The notes under the pieces were generated by a model. It worked only from the letters and a program-made list of their open reading frames with translations. It ran no database searches and was not told the DNA's origin. From the NCBI GenBank assembly GCA_963662405.2, contig CAXXKT010000001.1:1568001-1632000 (forward strand): DNA of 64,000 bases, in the 5' to 3' direction. This stretch comes from Syntrophales bacterium (GTDB taxonomy: Bacteria; Desulfobacterota; Syntrophia; Syntrophales; UBA2210). Shown here one piece after another: positions 51,513 through 61,348 of this stretch (its first letter is position 1; each line of letters starts with the position of its first letter). Both the position numbers and the translations under genes were made by a program.

Positions 51513-52127
51513 TTAGAATTGTTTCAGTATCACGTCAAGGTATGTCTGCAATGTTTCTCGATCAATTTTTTTGATACTGTCATCTTTAACCGTTTCATTA
51601 AGCGCAAGCTGAATCATGCCCCTTATGCACCATGCCATTGCGTTCTGGTTACCAGGTTTGAATTCTTTTGCCTTAATACCTTCTAATATGGTTTTTCTAA
51701 TGTACGTATGCATCTTCAGTTGAATGTCAACAACGATATAATCTTTGAAATTGAGAGACGGATTGCCCTTGGGAGGACCATAATAAATGCTAAACATGAG
51801 TCGTGAAAAATCCCTATGTTCCGTCACAAAAGAGAATGTCCTGTCAGCCATGTTCTTGAGCTTGATTTTAGCGCTGGGTGAATCATCTTCATGAGAGTCA
51901 AAAACAAGATAATGGAATTCTTCAAGATGTGTTCTCGCCAATTCTTGAAAGAGGCCCTCTTTATTTTTAAAATAATGATAAAGAGATGGAGCTGATGTCC
52001 CGGATGCATCAAGTATATTGCGGATAGTGGTTGAAGAATAGCCTTTCTGAGAAAAAATCCGTAAGGCCGCCATCATGATTTGTTGTTTTGTTCCGTTTTC
52101 GTCAGGTGTTTTCTTGCTTTCGTTCAT
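51513..52127 (-). CDS. TetR/AcrR regulator
   Basis: IFSQKGYSSTTIRNI...SLYHYFKNKEGL. Confidence 0.92.
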   Translation of the reverse strand: MNESKKTPDENGTKQQIMMAALRIFSQKGYSSTTIRNILDASGTSAPSLYHYFKNKEGLFQELARTHLEEFHYLVFDSHEDDSPSAKIKLKNMADRTFSFVTEHRDFSRLMFSIYYGPPKGNPSLNFKDYIVVDIQLKMHTYIRKTILEGIKAKEFKPGNQNAMAWCIRGMIQLALNETVKDDSIKKIDRETLQTYLDVILKQF

Positions 52128-52245
52128 AAATCCCTCTCCATATTATATATAACGTTTATTATCTATCGGTTTTGGCTATGATTGTCAATACATAAGGAAC
52201 ACTCTCTGGTAAAGATACTGTCGATTTTTTATGCGGTCGTAGACA

Positions 52246-52430
52246 GAATGCCACGGGTTTACCCGTGGATGAATGAGCCCGGAGGCGGTATAATGCTGTC
52301 ATGGAATACACAACAACAGCTCACAGCATATACTATTTTCGGTACTATGTGGTTTAGGTTTGCAAATACCGCCGACGGATCCTAGATCCTGGCATGTGTG
52401 TTTACCAAACATTACAAGTATTATAGCAAT
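52246..52430 (+). mobile_element. IS200/IS605-family remnant (end hairpin plus broken tnpA N-terminus)
   Basis: CCACGGG-ttta-CCCGTGG hairpin then AHSIYYFRYYVV*VCKYRRRILDPG. Confidence 0.7.
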
Positions 52431-52666
52431 TGATATAATAATTGTGAGCATATTTTTTAGTTGTTAAAACGCAAAAAATGCTTTTTTGCGTATAATACGC
52501 TCGAAGTGAATCCGCCACAATATTCTCATAATTTATCAAGTTAATACAGATAATTATACGGTACAGGCACATCATCATTTGTACATATGGCATCCGTTCG
52601 TATCATTGGTACCATTCTAATAATACATGAATTTTTGTAAATAATAAATGAGAGGAAAAAAATACC

Positions 52667-52696
52667 TTGACACAATTATAACGAGCGTTATATAAG
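52667..52696 (+). promoter_or_regulatory. Promoter with overlapping palindromic operator (probably TetR)
   Basis: TTGACA; TATAACG-ag-CGTTATA at 52677-52692 spanning the spacer and -10. Confidence 0.6.
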
Positions 52697-53489
52697 GTCA
52701 AATACGTTCTAATGCTTTTGAAATTGCCATAAGCCTTCGATAATAAATAATTGATAGCATGTTATACACTTTTGTGCTGATATTATATCATATGATATGA
52801 AAAAGAGGGTATCGTTATGGACAGTCTGAAAGAAAGCATCACTTCTATACGAAATACCAACAAAATTCGTACCTGCGTCTTAACGATTGCGTTTTTCAAG
52901 ACGTTGAGAGAAACGCAGCAAAGTGTCCCTCTGCTTTGCATGTGACATGATGGACTGTCATTTTGTCGGCATGTAGCTATGGCTCGGAACACGGAGTGGA
53001 AAATGGGGGGGCAGTAACAAATTTTCCCATGTCTAATTGTATGTTCACTTTTGGTCTTACCCTTCTTTAGGAAGAAGGTGTTTTCGATCGAAAGCTTGAT
53101 GTCAGCGTTCGGGGTAAGGCAAAGGAAGATGCCACAAAGTTTAGGCAGTCTCTGATGCGAATCCCTTTTGGGAACCATGAAGCCGTTGCTGTTTCATCTG
53201 TTGCTTTTGAGAGACAAGGTGACGTTATGGATGTGAATGGTTCACCGAAGCACTTGTGGAAGATAGCCACGTGGTTAGTGAATTTGAAAAAGGTAGGGAC
53301 AACTGGTTGTCCGTTCACTTCTTACGGGTCAGGTGCTTGCTGATACCTGTGATCATGATGGCGTATGCGGAACCTGGTGAGTATATTGCCGCCATTGACC
53401 GTGAAGAGTTTCAGAAATAATCCTTGGATAAGAAGAGGGTTCGTCACAAGTGATCCATGGATAATTATTTTGAGCACTGGAGGTTGCCG

Positions 53490-54977
53490 ATGGAAAAGAA
53501 AAGGGAAATAGAAAGTGCGTTAAAAGCAATTGTTGGGGCGGATTATGTTTCTTCGGATAGCCCGGATTTGATCCCGTATATCGAAGATTCATACTCTGCA
53601 ATGATGGGGAAAGGTGTGCCATTACCAGAGTTTGTTGTGTTGCCCAAAGATGAGAATGAAGTGCAAAAGATTGTCTTCCTGGCAAACGAGTTCGGATTCC
53701 CGATTTATCCCCGCAGTTTTGGTGTGAATATCGCCGGATCCGCATTGCCGTATAAAGGGGGCGTGGTAATCGACCTGAAGCGTATGAATCGTATATGGGA
53801 AGTTAACGAAGAAACGATGACAGCGACCATTGAACCCGGTGTCGCATGGGGAACTCTTCGTAAAGAGGCTAAGAAAAAAGGTATGGATATCATTGCTATT
53901 GCTGGACCGTACCCGGTGAGTCCGGTGGGAAATTTTTTGCTGACCAATATTACGCCGTATTCTTCGAAGTACAGCTGTGATCGAGCTGTATCATTAACGG
54001 TTGTCTTGCCAAATGGAGAAATCGTCAGGACCGGTTCATGGGCCAGCGCAGTAGGAGGTGATATCAATCCGTATTTCAGATGGGCCTACGGTCCTGACGT
54101 AACCGGCATGTTCAGGGGATCTATGGGAAATTTTGGTATCATCACAAAGATGATCATACGTTTACGCAAGATGGCTGAGGTTGAAAAAAACGTGTTCTAT
54201 GGTTTTGATCAACTCGAGCAATGCATGGAAGCTTACAAGGCCATTGAACGTCTCGATATTCCCCGAAGCAGCTTGGTCATGAATAGGAAAATGGCATCAC
54301 AGTGCGTGTTGTCTCCTCAAAAAATCTATGATGCTGATAAACGAGAGTGGTGGTTGAAGGAATTGCCCGCTTTTATGATTTCGTTTGGATACGGCGGGAC
54401 CGAGGAAATGATTGCGTTGTACGAAAAGATCGCTGCACAGAAGATCATTGAGTTTGGAGGCCGCATATACAAGTTTCCGGACACGGAAGAAGGTCAGATG
54501 GCTCATAACAAAATCAATCAAGCTGTGGAAGGAAATAGCCGAACGGCTCTCAACATGTATGCTCCGCTGTCGGGATTTGCCGCAATTATTGGGTGCTTAC
54601 CGATTAAAGGGGTGCCGGAAGTGTATAAGACAGTCAGTGAAGTTATTAAAAAATATAATATCAAAGACGCAATTACGGGTGAAGCGCTCGAGCAGGAACT
54701 CATTATTATGTCCTATGAGCGAACCTCCACCGTCTATGTGGAGCAGGAAATATTATACGATCCTGCCGGTCCAAAAGATGATTTGAAAACGGTCATGAAA
54801 TGCTTGCGTGAATGTTATACGGAAATTGTCGGAAAGCATGGGGCAGCTCACACCATCCCCAACAAAACCATGCTGAATATGATGGTTCCAGCCTACACAA
54901 GTATTTTAAAGGGTTTCAAGCGAATGATTGATCCCAACAATATTATGTTGCCGGGGGGACCATACTCGTTGGAATAG
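53490..54977 (+). CDS. FAD-linked oxidoreductase (GlcD/VAO superfamily)
   Basis: VVLPKDENEV, VIDLKRMN, IEPGV, GNFGIITK, IDPNNIMLPG. Confidence 0.85.
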   Translation: MEKKREIESALKAIVGADYVSSDSPDLIPYIEDSYSAMMGKGVPLPEFVVLPKDENEVQKIVFLANEFGFPIYPRSFGVNIAGSALPYKGGVVIDLKRMNRIWEVNEETMTATIEPGVAWGTLRKEAKKKGMDIIAIAGPYPVSPVGNFLLTNITPYSSKYSCDRAVSLTVVLPNGEIVRTGSWASAVGGDINPYFRWAYGPDVTGMFRGSMGNFGIITKMIIRLRKMAEVEKNVFYGFDQLEQCMEAYKAIERLDIPRSSLVMNRKMASQCVLSPQKIYDADKREWWLKELPAFMISFGYGGTEEMIALYEKIAAQKIIEFGGRIYKFPDTEEGQMAHNKINQAVEGNSRTALNMYAPLSGFAAIIGCLPIKGVPEVYKTVSEVIKKYNIKDAITGEALEQELIIMSYERTSTVYVEQEILYDPAGPKDDLKTVMKCLRECYTEIVGKHGAAHTIPNKTMLNMMVPAYTSILKGFKRMIDPNNIMLPGGPYSLE

Positions 54978-55022
54978 CGGTCAAAAATAAATACCTTACC
55001 GTCGTTTTGATAGGAGGTTGCA

Positions 55023-56171
55023 ATGCTCAAAGACTATCGGGAAATAATTATGCACTGCTTGAAGTGCGGCGCTTGCCGGCTTGCTTGGGAAATCTACACC
55101 CCCATATGTCCATCGGGTGTAAGATACGGTTACGATTCACATTACGCTATCGGTCGTATTGCACTGGCAAAGGCGCTTCTGGAAAATCGGGTATCTTTGG
55201 ATTCTGACCTCATGCGCCGGGTATATACGTGCACGAGCTGCGGCGCTTGTGATGAACAATGCCATGAGGCAGTGGGCGTGGACCCACTGAGAGTCATTGA
55301 GGCGCTAAAACGTATGGCCGTCGAGAATGGGTGCGTGCCTCCTGAAGTGCGCGATTATCTTAAGTCTATGACTGTTTATGGCAATCCTTATATGTTGCCG
55401 GCGACAAAGCGGGGAGACTGGTCCGAGAAAAGTCATGTGGAGAAATATAACGGGCAGGAGTTTCTGCTGTATATAGGCGACACCGCTTCCTATGACAACC
55501 GGGGCCACCAGATAGCCGCTGCTGTTGCGAATATCTTTTCACAGTCTGGAGTGTCTTTCGGCTGTCTTTTGGCCGAAGAACTGAGCGACGGGAATGAGGT
55601 CATGAGGGTCGGAGACAAGTGGCAGTATGAATTAATGGCCCAATCGAACATCGAATTGTTCAAGGAGCTGAAGGTGCGGAAGATTGTGACCCTCTCCCCC
55701 CATGCCTTCAATGCCTTCAAAAATGATTATTCACAGTGGGGTGCCGATTTTGAAGTATTGCACTACACAGAATTGATCGCAGGATTAATCAAAGAAGGGG
55801 CGTTAAAGCTCACTTTGCCCCACGGCAAAAGGATAACGTATCACGATCCCTGTTTTCTGGGGCGTCACAACGGTATTTATGATGCGCCGCGGGAAGTATT
55901 ATCTTCAATCCCCGATGTAACGCTGGTTGAGATGGAACGCAATCGAAACAACGCCTTTTGTTGCGGTGGCGGCGGGGGAAACTTTTTTACCGACATGCTG
56001 GGTTCCGGTGAACGGAGCCCGGGCAGAATCAGAGTGAGGGAGGCATTGGAAACCGGGGCCGAAATTATAGCCACGTCATGCCCTAAGTGCTTAATAATGT
56101 TAGACGATGCAATCAAAGCCGAGGGTGCGGAGAACCGTATAGAAGTGAAGGACATTTCGCAGCTTTTATAG
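55023..56171 (+). CDS. Fe-S oxidoreductase subunit (GlpC/HdrD-like, CCG domain)
   Basis: CLKCGAC...CP, CTSCGAC...C, YHDPCFLGR, CCGGGGG, TSCPKC. Confidence 0.9.
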   Translation: MLKDYREIIMHCLKCGACRLAWEIYTPICPSGVRYGYDSHYAIGRIALAKALLENRVSLDSDLMRRVYTCTSCGACDEQCHEAVGVDPLRVIEALKRMAVENGCVPPEVRDYLKSMTVYGNPYMLPATKRGDWSEKSHVEKYNGQEFLLYIGDTASYDNRGHQIAAAVANIFSQSGVSFGCLLAEELSDGNEVMRVGDKWQYELMAQSNIELFKELKVRKIVTLSPHAFNAFKNDYSQWGADFEVLHYTELIAGLIKEGALKLTLPHGKRITYHDPCFLGRHNGIYDAPREVLSSIPDVTLVEMERNRNNAFCCGGGGGNFFTDMLGSGERSPGRIRVREALETGAEIIATSCPKCLIMLDDAIKAEGAENRIEVKDISQLL

Positions 56172-56184
56172 AAAGGATAGAGCT

Positions 56185-57819
56185 ATGATCAAAAAATATT
56201 ATGGCAATGACTCCGTTGTGAAGGCTATTTTACAAGACAAAGCAGAAACCTTAGGTGATAAACCATTTATGAAATTCCGCGACATGACGGTGAGTTATCG
56301 TTTTGTGAATGATACTGCGACCCGAGTTGCCAATGGGCTGTTGAATCTGGGGATGAAGCAGGGAGACCATATCCTCATTATGTTGCCCAACGGTTTCGAG
56401 ATCCTCTACAGCTGGTTCGGATCGGCAAAGATCGGTGTTGTGGAGGTGCCCGTAAACTTCAATCTCAAAGGCAATCCGTTGCTGCATATTATCAATGATT
56501 CGCGGGCCAAGGTGATGATCATTGATCACCAGTATCTGGATAGGCTTGAGTCCATCAAGGATAACACCACCGAATTACAAACGGTTGTTGTGCTGGGGGA
56601 AGACAGCGAACATGCGGCATTGAGTAAAAAGTTCAATGTTCTTAATTTCGATGCGCTGCTGGAGAGCGACAATCAGATACCGGATGTACTGGTGAAAGCG
56701 GGAGATCCGGCCACGATCATGTATACATCCGGTACTACAGGTGCGCCGAAGGGTGTTGTTCAGCCTCAGGCATTCGCATATAATTATGTAAAATTGTCCC
56801 TGTATCCTGTTTCAGACAATCCCGAAGACATCTTCCTGATGGAGAATACAATCCATTATTCCTATCTGCCGCTGTATCACACGGCTGCAAAATATGTCGA
56901 TGTGCTGGGAACAATGCTTGCCAATGGCACTTTTGTCCTTGCCGACGGATTCCATCCGTCGACTTTCTGGGAAGAATGTACCAAGAACGGGGCAACGACG
57001 GCGTATGTTCTTTTCACTGCTGCGTTCCTGATGATGATGCCTCCCCAGTCGACCGACGCCGATAATTCGGTAAAACGAGTGATGTGTCTGCCGCTTATCC
57101 CGGAGATCGGCGAATTCTCAAAGCGTTTTGGGGTCGATGTATGGACGTGCTACGGATTGAGCGAGGGAAGCGCCCCCTTTATAGGGAGGGTTCCTGAAAA
57201 GTTAAAGGATACCGCGTTAATGGGCAAGGCGGTCAGAGATGATATTGATATACGACTTGCCGATCAAGAAGGGTATGAAGTCCCCAGTGGTCAGATCGGC
57301 GAGGTCCTCCAAAGACCGAAAACACCTTATTCATGTATGCTTGGCTATTTCAATCAACCTGATAAAACTGTGGAGATCTGGCAGGATCTTTGGATGCACA
57401 CAGGGGACCTGGCTTACAGAGATAATGACGGATTTTACTATTTTGCCGGACGAGCCAAAGAAAGGATCCGTCGTCGGGGGGAGAATATTTCTCCGGAAAG
57501 CATAGAGAAAGAGGTAAATACCCATGCTGCAATAGCTGAATCTGCTGTGATTCCCGTACCATCTGATTTCGGAATGGCTGGCGAGAACGAGATCATGGCT
57601 GTAGTTGTGCTTGCTCAGGGAGAGAAATTGGAACCGGCGGATCTGATTGTTTATTTAGAGTCGCGGCTTCCTCGCTTCATGATTCCCCGTTATATCAAAT
57701 TTGTAACCGATCTGCCGCGTACTGCAACGGCTAAGGTTAAGCGAGTTCTGTTGCAGGAGAATTGGTCGGAAGGGGAAGTCTGGGATCTAAATCTGAATAA
57801 AGCGGACGTAAAAAAATAG
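56185..57819 (+). CDS. Acyl-CoA ligase (CaiC-like)
   Basis: YTSGTTGAPKG, YGLSE, HTGD, RRRGENIS. Confidence 0.9.
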   Translation: MIKKYYGNDSVVKAILQDKAETLGDKPFMKFRDMTVSYRFVNDTATRVANGLLNLGMKQGDHILIMLPNGFEILYSWFGSAKIGVVEVPVNFNLKGNPLLHIINDSRAKVMIIDHQYLDRLESIKDNTTELQTVVVLGEDSEHAALSKKFNVLNFDALLESDNQIPDVLVKAGDPATIMYTSGTTGAPKGVVQPQAFAYNYVKLSLYPVSDNPEDIFLMENTIHYSYLPLYHTAAKYVDVLGTMLANGTFVLADGFHPSTFWEECTKNGATTAYVLFTAAFLMMMPPQSTDADNSVKRVMCLPLIPEIGEFSKRFGVDVWTCYGLSEGSAPFIGRVPEKLKDTALMGKAVRDDIDIRLADQEGYEVPSGQIGEVLQRPKTPYSCMLGYFNQPDKTVEIWQDLWMHTGDLAYRDNDGFYYFAGRAKERIRRRGENISPESIEKEVNTHAAIAESAVIPVPSDFGMAGENEIMAVVVLAQGEKLEPADLIVYLESRLPRFMIPRYIKFVTDLPRTATAKVKRVLLQENWSEGEVWDLNLNKADVKK

Positions 57820-57838
57820 ATATAAGGAGGATGCGACG

Positions 57839-58357
57839 ATGAGCAAAGTTGAAGTTCCAAAACTGGATTGGTACGAGAGATACAAGAGAATGGTTGATAT
57901 GGCCTATTCGCTTTTTATTACCGCAGAGTTACAAATTCACGCGGATTTTAAGGATCCGGAAGAGGCCCAACCAAGGATCAAGGCCCTGCACGGAAACTGC
58001 AGCAGTACGTGCGGCAGCAAGCTGGTAAAAGCACATGAGCTCAAGCCGACCGTTGAAGACGCTTTGAAACTTTTTATGCTCTATAGCTGCGAGGTGTGGG
58101 GATTCGGTTCTTATGAAACAGTCGCTGTGGATCTCAAGAACGACAATAAGGGGACCTTCGCGAATCTTGTTTGCCGCGGATGGGAGCTTGCCACAAGACA
58201 AGGTATCGTAGAAGAATTGAAGAAAACGAATTGCAGCAAAGGCTGTACCGCCGAATATGAAGCACTGCTCAGGACCCTTTCACCGGATTTGAAAATTACC
58301 ATGACCAAGGCGCGTCCCTTGGGTGATGATTGTTGCGAGTTCACGGTTGAAAGATAA
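57839..58357 (+). CDS. Small Cys-containing V4R/ATC-hydrolase-like protein
   Basis: CRGWE, CSKGC, GDDCCEF. Confidence 0.6.
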   Translation: MSKVEVPKLDWYERYKRMVDMAYSLFITAELQIHADFKDPEEAQPRIKALHGNCSSTCGSKLVKAHELKPTVEDALKLFMLYSCEVWGFGSYETVAVDLKNDNKGTFANLVCRGWELATRQGIVEELKKTNCSKGCTAEYEALLRTLSPDLKITMTKARPLGDDCCEFTVER

Positions 58358-58437
58358 AGCGGTATTCACTGTCGCTGATGCAGGTGGGTGAGGCGACGAA
58401 TACGGTGCCGGATGTATTGCGATCAAGGGACCTCGAT

Positions 58438-59325
58438 ATGAATGTTGAGAAATTTGGCCGAATAGTATTTGTTCCCGGATTAAATAAATCCCGTTATCCG
58501 TTCTGCAACTCAGTTTTCATCGATGATGACAGAAAGGTTGTTATCGATCCTGCATCAGATGATAAACTTTTACAAGAGATTGCTCCCGAGGAAGGGTTCG
58601 ATATCCTGATCAATTCTCATTATCACGAAGATCATTTTGCCTTTAATTATCTGTTCCCTCGATCTGAATTGTATGTTCCCATCAACGATGCGCCATGCTT
58701 TCAATCGATGGATACAATGCTTGAGTATTATGGAATGAAAGATACCCCGTATGAGCAGGTGTGGAAACGTGTTCTTATTGATTCATTTCATTATCAGGAA
58801 CGCGCTTCCGACAGGTTGCTTGAAGATGGAGAGATTCTTGATTTCGGACATACTCAATTAGAGGTGGTGCATACACCGGGTCATACCATCGGACATTGCA
58901 GTTTCTACTGTCCGCAAGAGGGTGTCTTGATACTCGGAGATTATGACCTCACCAGTTTTGGCCCATGGTATGGTGACGCATCTTCCGATATCAGACAGAC
59001 CAGGGAATCTGTGCACAAACTTCTGAATATCCCTGCGGATGTCTATATTACCTCCCATGAAGAAGGAATCATCAAGGGAGATATCAAGGTATTGGCCGAG
59101 GCTTATCTTGATATTATTGATCAACGGCAAAATGAAATAATGAAATTCTTGAGGAAATCGAGATCATTAGACGATATCGTCAGGCAATGGATCATATATA
59201 AAAAACCGAGGGAACCAAAGCAATTTTATGAATTCAGTGAACAGGCAATGATCAAAAAACACCTCGATCTTCTCATGGAAGACGGCAAATTGGAGATTCG
59301 GCAAGGAAAATACGTTTGCATATAA
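58438..59325 (+). CDS. MBL-fold metallo-hydrolase
   Basis: SHYHEDH, HTPGHT, GD, TSH. Confidence 0.88.
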   Translation: MNVEKFGRIVFVPGLNKSRYPFCNSVFIDDDRKVVIDPASDDKLLQEIAPEEGFDILINSHYHEDHFAFNYLFPRSELYVPINDAPCFQSMDTMLEYYGMKDTPYEQVWKRVLIDSFHYQERASDRLLEDGEILDFGHTQLEVVHTPGHTIGHCSFYCPQEGVLILGDYDLTSFGPWYGDASSDIRQTRESVHKLLNIPADVYITSHEEGIIKGDIKVLAEAYLDIIDQRQNEIMKFLRKSRSLDDIVRQWIIYKKPREPKQFYEFSEQAMIKKHLDLLMEDGKLEIRQGKYVCI

Positions 59326-59869
59326 TTCTATCGGTTTGGTTGGGGAAAATAAAGTTTCATGTTCATGCCTGTTTTCGCAGGGTGGTGCTGTTGAGCTGTT
59401 AGGATATATCATGCCTTTGCAGAGAGAGATGGCACGATGGTTTTTCAAATAAATTTTTTTGCCCGAAAATGAATGTAACGTACGATCAATAACAATAATT
59501 GGTAAAGATTAACGGATATTCTTTTAATTACAAAGTTATATAGAATAGGATGATGCTTGTAAACAATATAACAATAGATACAATACGTGGCGTAATCTTC
59601 AGCTTCCGCAATAAAGATTTATGCCGTGAAAGGTATCGCGTTAAAGGAATATCTCAAAAAAACCGGAGAAAAACATTGATGCTGGACGGGTTTTGACGCG
59701 CAGGTGATTTGGAGATGTATGATGAGCGGCTTTCTCTGCCAAGTCGGCAGGGTGTTATTGACAAAAGATCCGGGACAACTCGTCTTTTAACTCGCCTGCC
59801 GTCAGTTATGTACAGCCGATCGATTGCGTGAAGATCACGCGTAATTTACTAATGGAAGGAGAAAACACT

Positions 59870-60661
59870 ATGAGTCTACCAAATTTTTCGCTGGAGGGTA
59901 AAGTTGCACTGATTACTGGAGGCAGCCGCGGAATCGGCAGATCAATTGCCTTGGCGTTTGCGGATGCCGGTGCGGATATCGCGATTACCAGCCGGAAGGT
60001 AGATGCTTTGGAAGCTGTTGCCAATGAATGCCGGGCCTTTGGAAGGCGTGCACTGAGTGTTGCTGCTCATGCTGGCAAATTAGACGAACTATCAAACATG
60101 GTAAAGCAGGTTATGGAGGAATATGGCCGCATTGATATCCTGGTGAACAACGCCGGGACCAATCCGATGAATGTTCCTATTATGAAATATGAAGAAAAGT
60201 TGTGGGATTCGATCATGAATCTCAACCTCAAAGGTGCCTTCTTTCTCGGTAAAGAGGTGGCCAATATCATGAAAGAGCAAGGAGGCGGAAGCATTATCAA
60301 TATCGCATCCGTCGAGGGATTCATGGTGGGAGATCTGTCGAGTGCATACGACATCAGCAAGGCGGGGATCATTCATTTTACGAAAACTGCGGCTGCTGAA
60401 ATGGCCTTGAGCAATATCAGGGTGAATGCCATTGCCCCGGGCGGCACGAAAACGGCTCTGGTTCACGCATTGTGGGAAGATCAACAGATGTCAGATTTTG
60501 TTACACAGTTTGTCCCGATGCACAGATTTGCGGATCCCGATGAGATGGCGGGTGCCGCTGTTTACTTGGCGTCTGATGCTGCGAGTTATACGACCGGTAC
60601 CTGTATCGTTATTGATGGTGGTGCCAGTCTTGCCGTAATGTATCATGATCCTTTTGTGTAA
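59870..60661 (+). CDS. SDR oxidoreductase
   Basis: TGGSRGIG, NNAG, YDISK. Confidence 0.92.
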   Translation: MSLPNFSLEGKVALITGGSRGIGRSIALAFADAGADIAITSRKVDALEAVANECRAFGRRALSVAAHAGKLDELSNMVKQVMEEYGRIDILVNNAGTNPMNVPIMKYEEKLWDSIMNLNLKGAFFLGKEVANIMKEQGGGSIINIASVEGFMVGDLSSAYDISKAGIIHFTKTAAAEMALSNIRVNAIAPGGTKTALVHALWEDQQMSDFVTQFVPMHRFADPDEMAGAAVYLASDAASYTTGTCIVIDGGASLAVMYHDPFV

Positions 60662-61348
60662 AGAGGTGATGCCCACGGTTGAATGTCATGCAGGGAGCTA
60701 TAACGGCTGAAATGACATCTCATTTAAAGATGAGCACAGATGCGAGGAAGAAGCTGACACGAATGGCTCGTGATATCTTGGGGATGCTCACTGGGAATGA
60801 AAGGATCTCAGGAAACAAGTCTTCGTTGTGTGTCGTGGACTGAGTGCCATGGATTCACGTGTAGATAAGGAGATGAACTCGGCGGCGGTATGACGTGGAG
60901 ATGGTATATGTGCTCACCCCCCCCCAGCAGTGCTTACTGTCTCTGTTGCCATGGAGTTGTTATATCCACATACCGTCGCCATAGTCTTAAATCTCAGGAT
61001 GTGGAGGAGTGTCCGGTAGATGCTTAAATTGATTAGCTGTAACGATCTCACACATAATTCCTCGAGTCTCTGCATCCGGTTCTCCCCGGGGAAGCGGTGT
61101 GAGCACATCGGCGTTTGCCATATGTGTCTAGATCGTGAAACCGGTGAATTGAGGATAGCGAATACAAAATACCGTTATACAGCCAGCATGCTGGAGCCGG
61201 ATAGACGTGTGTTTCCCGATTTTCACAATCACATCGAAGAAATCGGAGTGGCAATGTATGGGGGGTCAGGCGTTATAAAAGAGACGCCAACTAGGAATAA
61301 TAACACGGGTCATAAGATGATGAGGCCCATTTGAAAGGAGGTATGCTG

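Noticed and set aside
52780..53460. Short ORFs upstream of the FAD oxidoreductase
   Set aside because: No motifs; possibly a decayed gene but not identifiable.
60670..61330. Possible acyl-CoA dehydrogenase remnant (AMYGGSGVIKETP)
   Set aside because: Only one short motif-like match; too weak without blastx.
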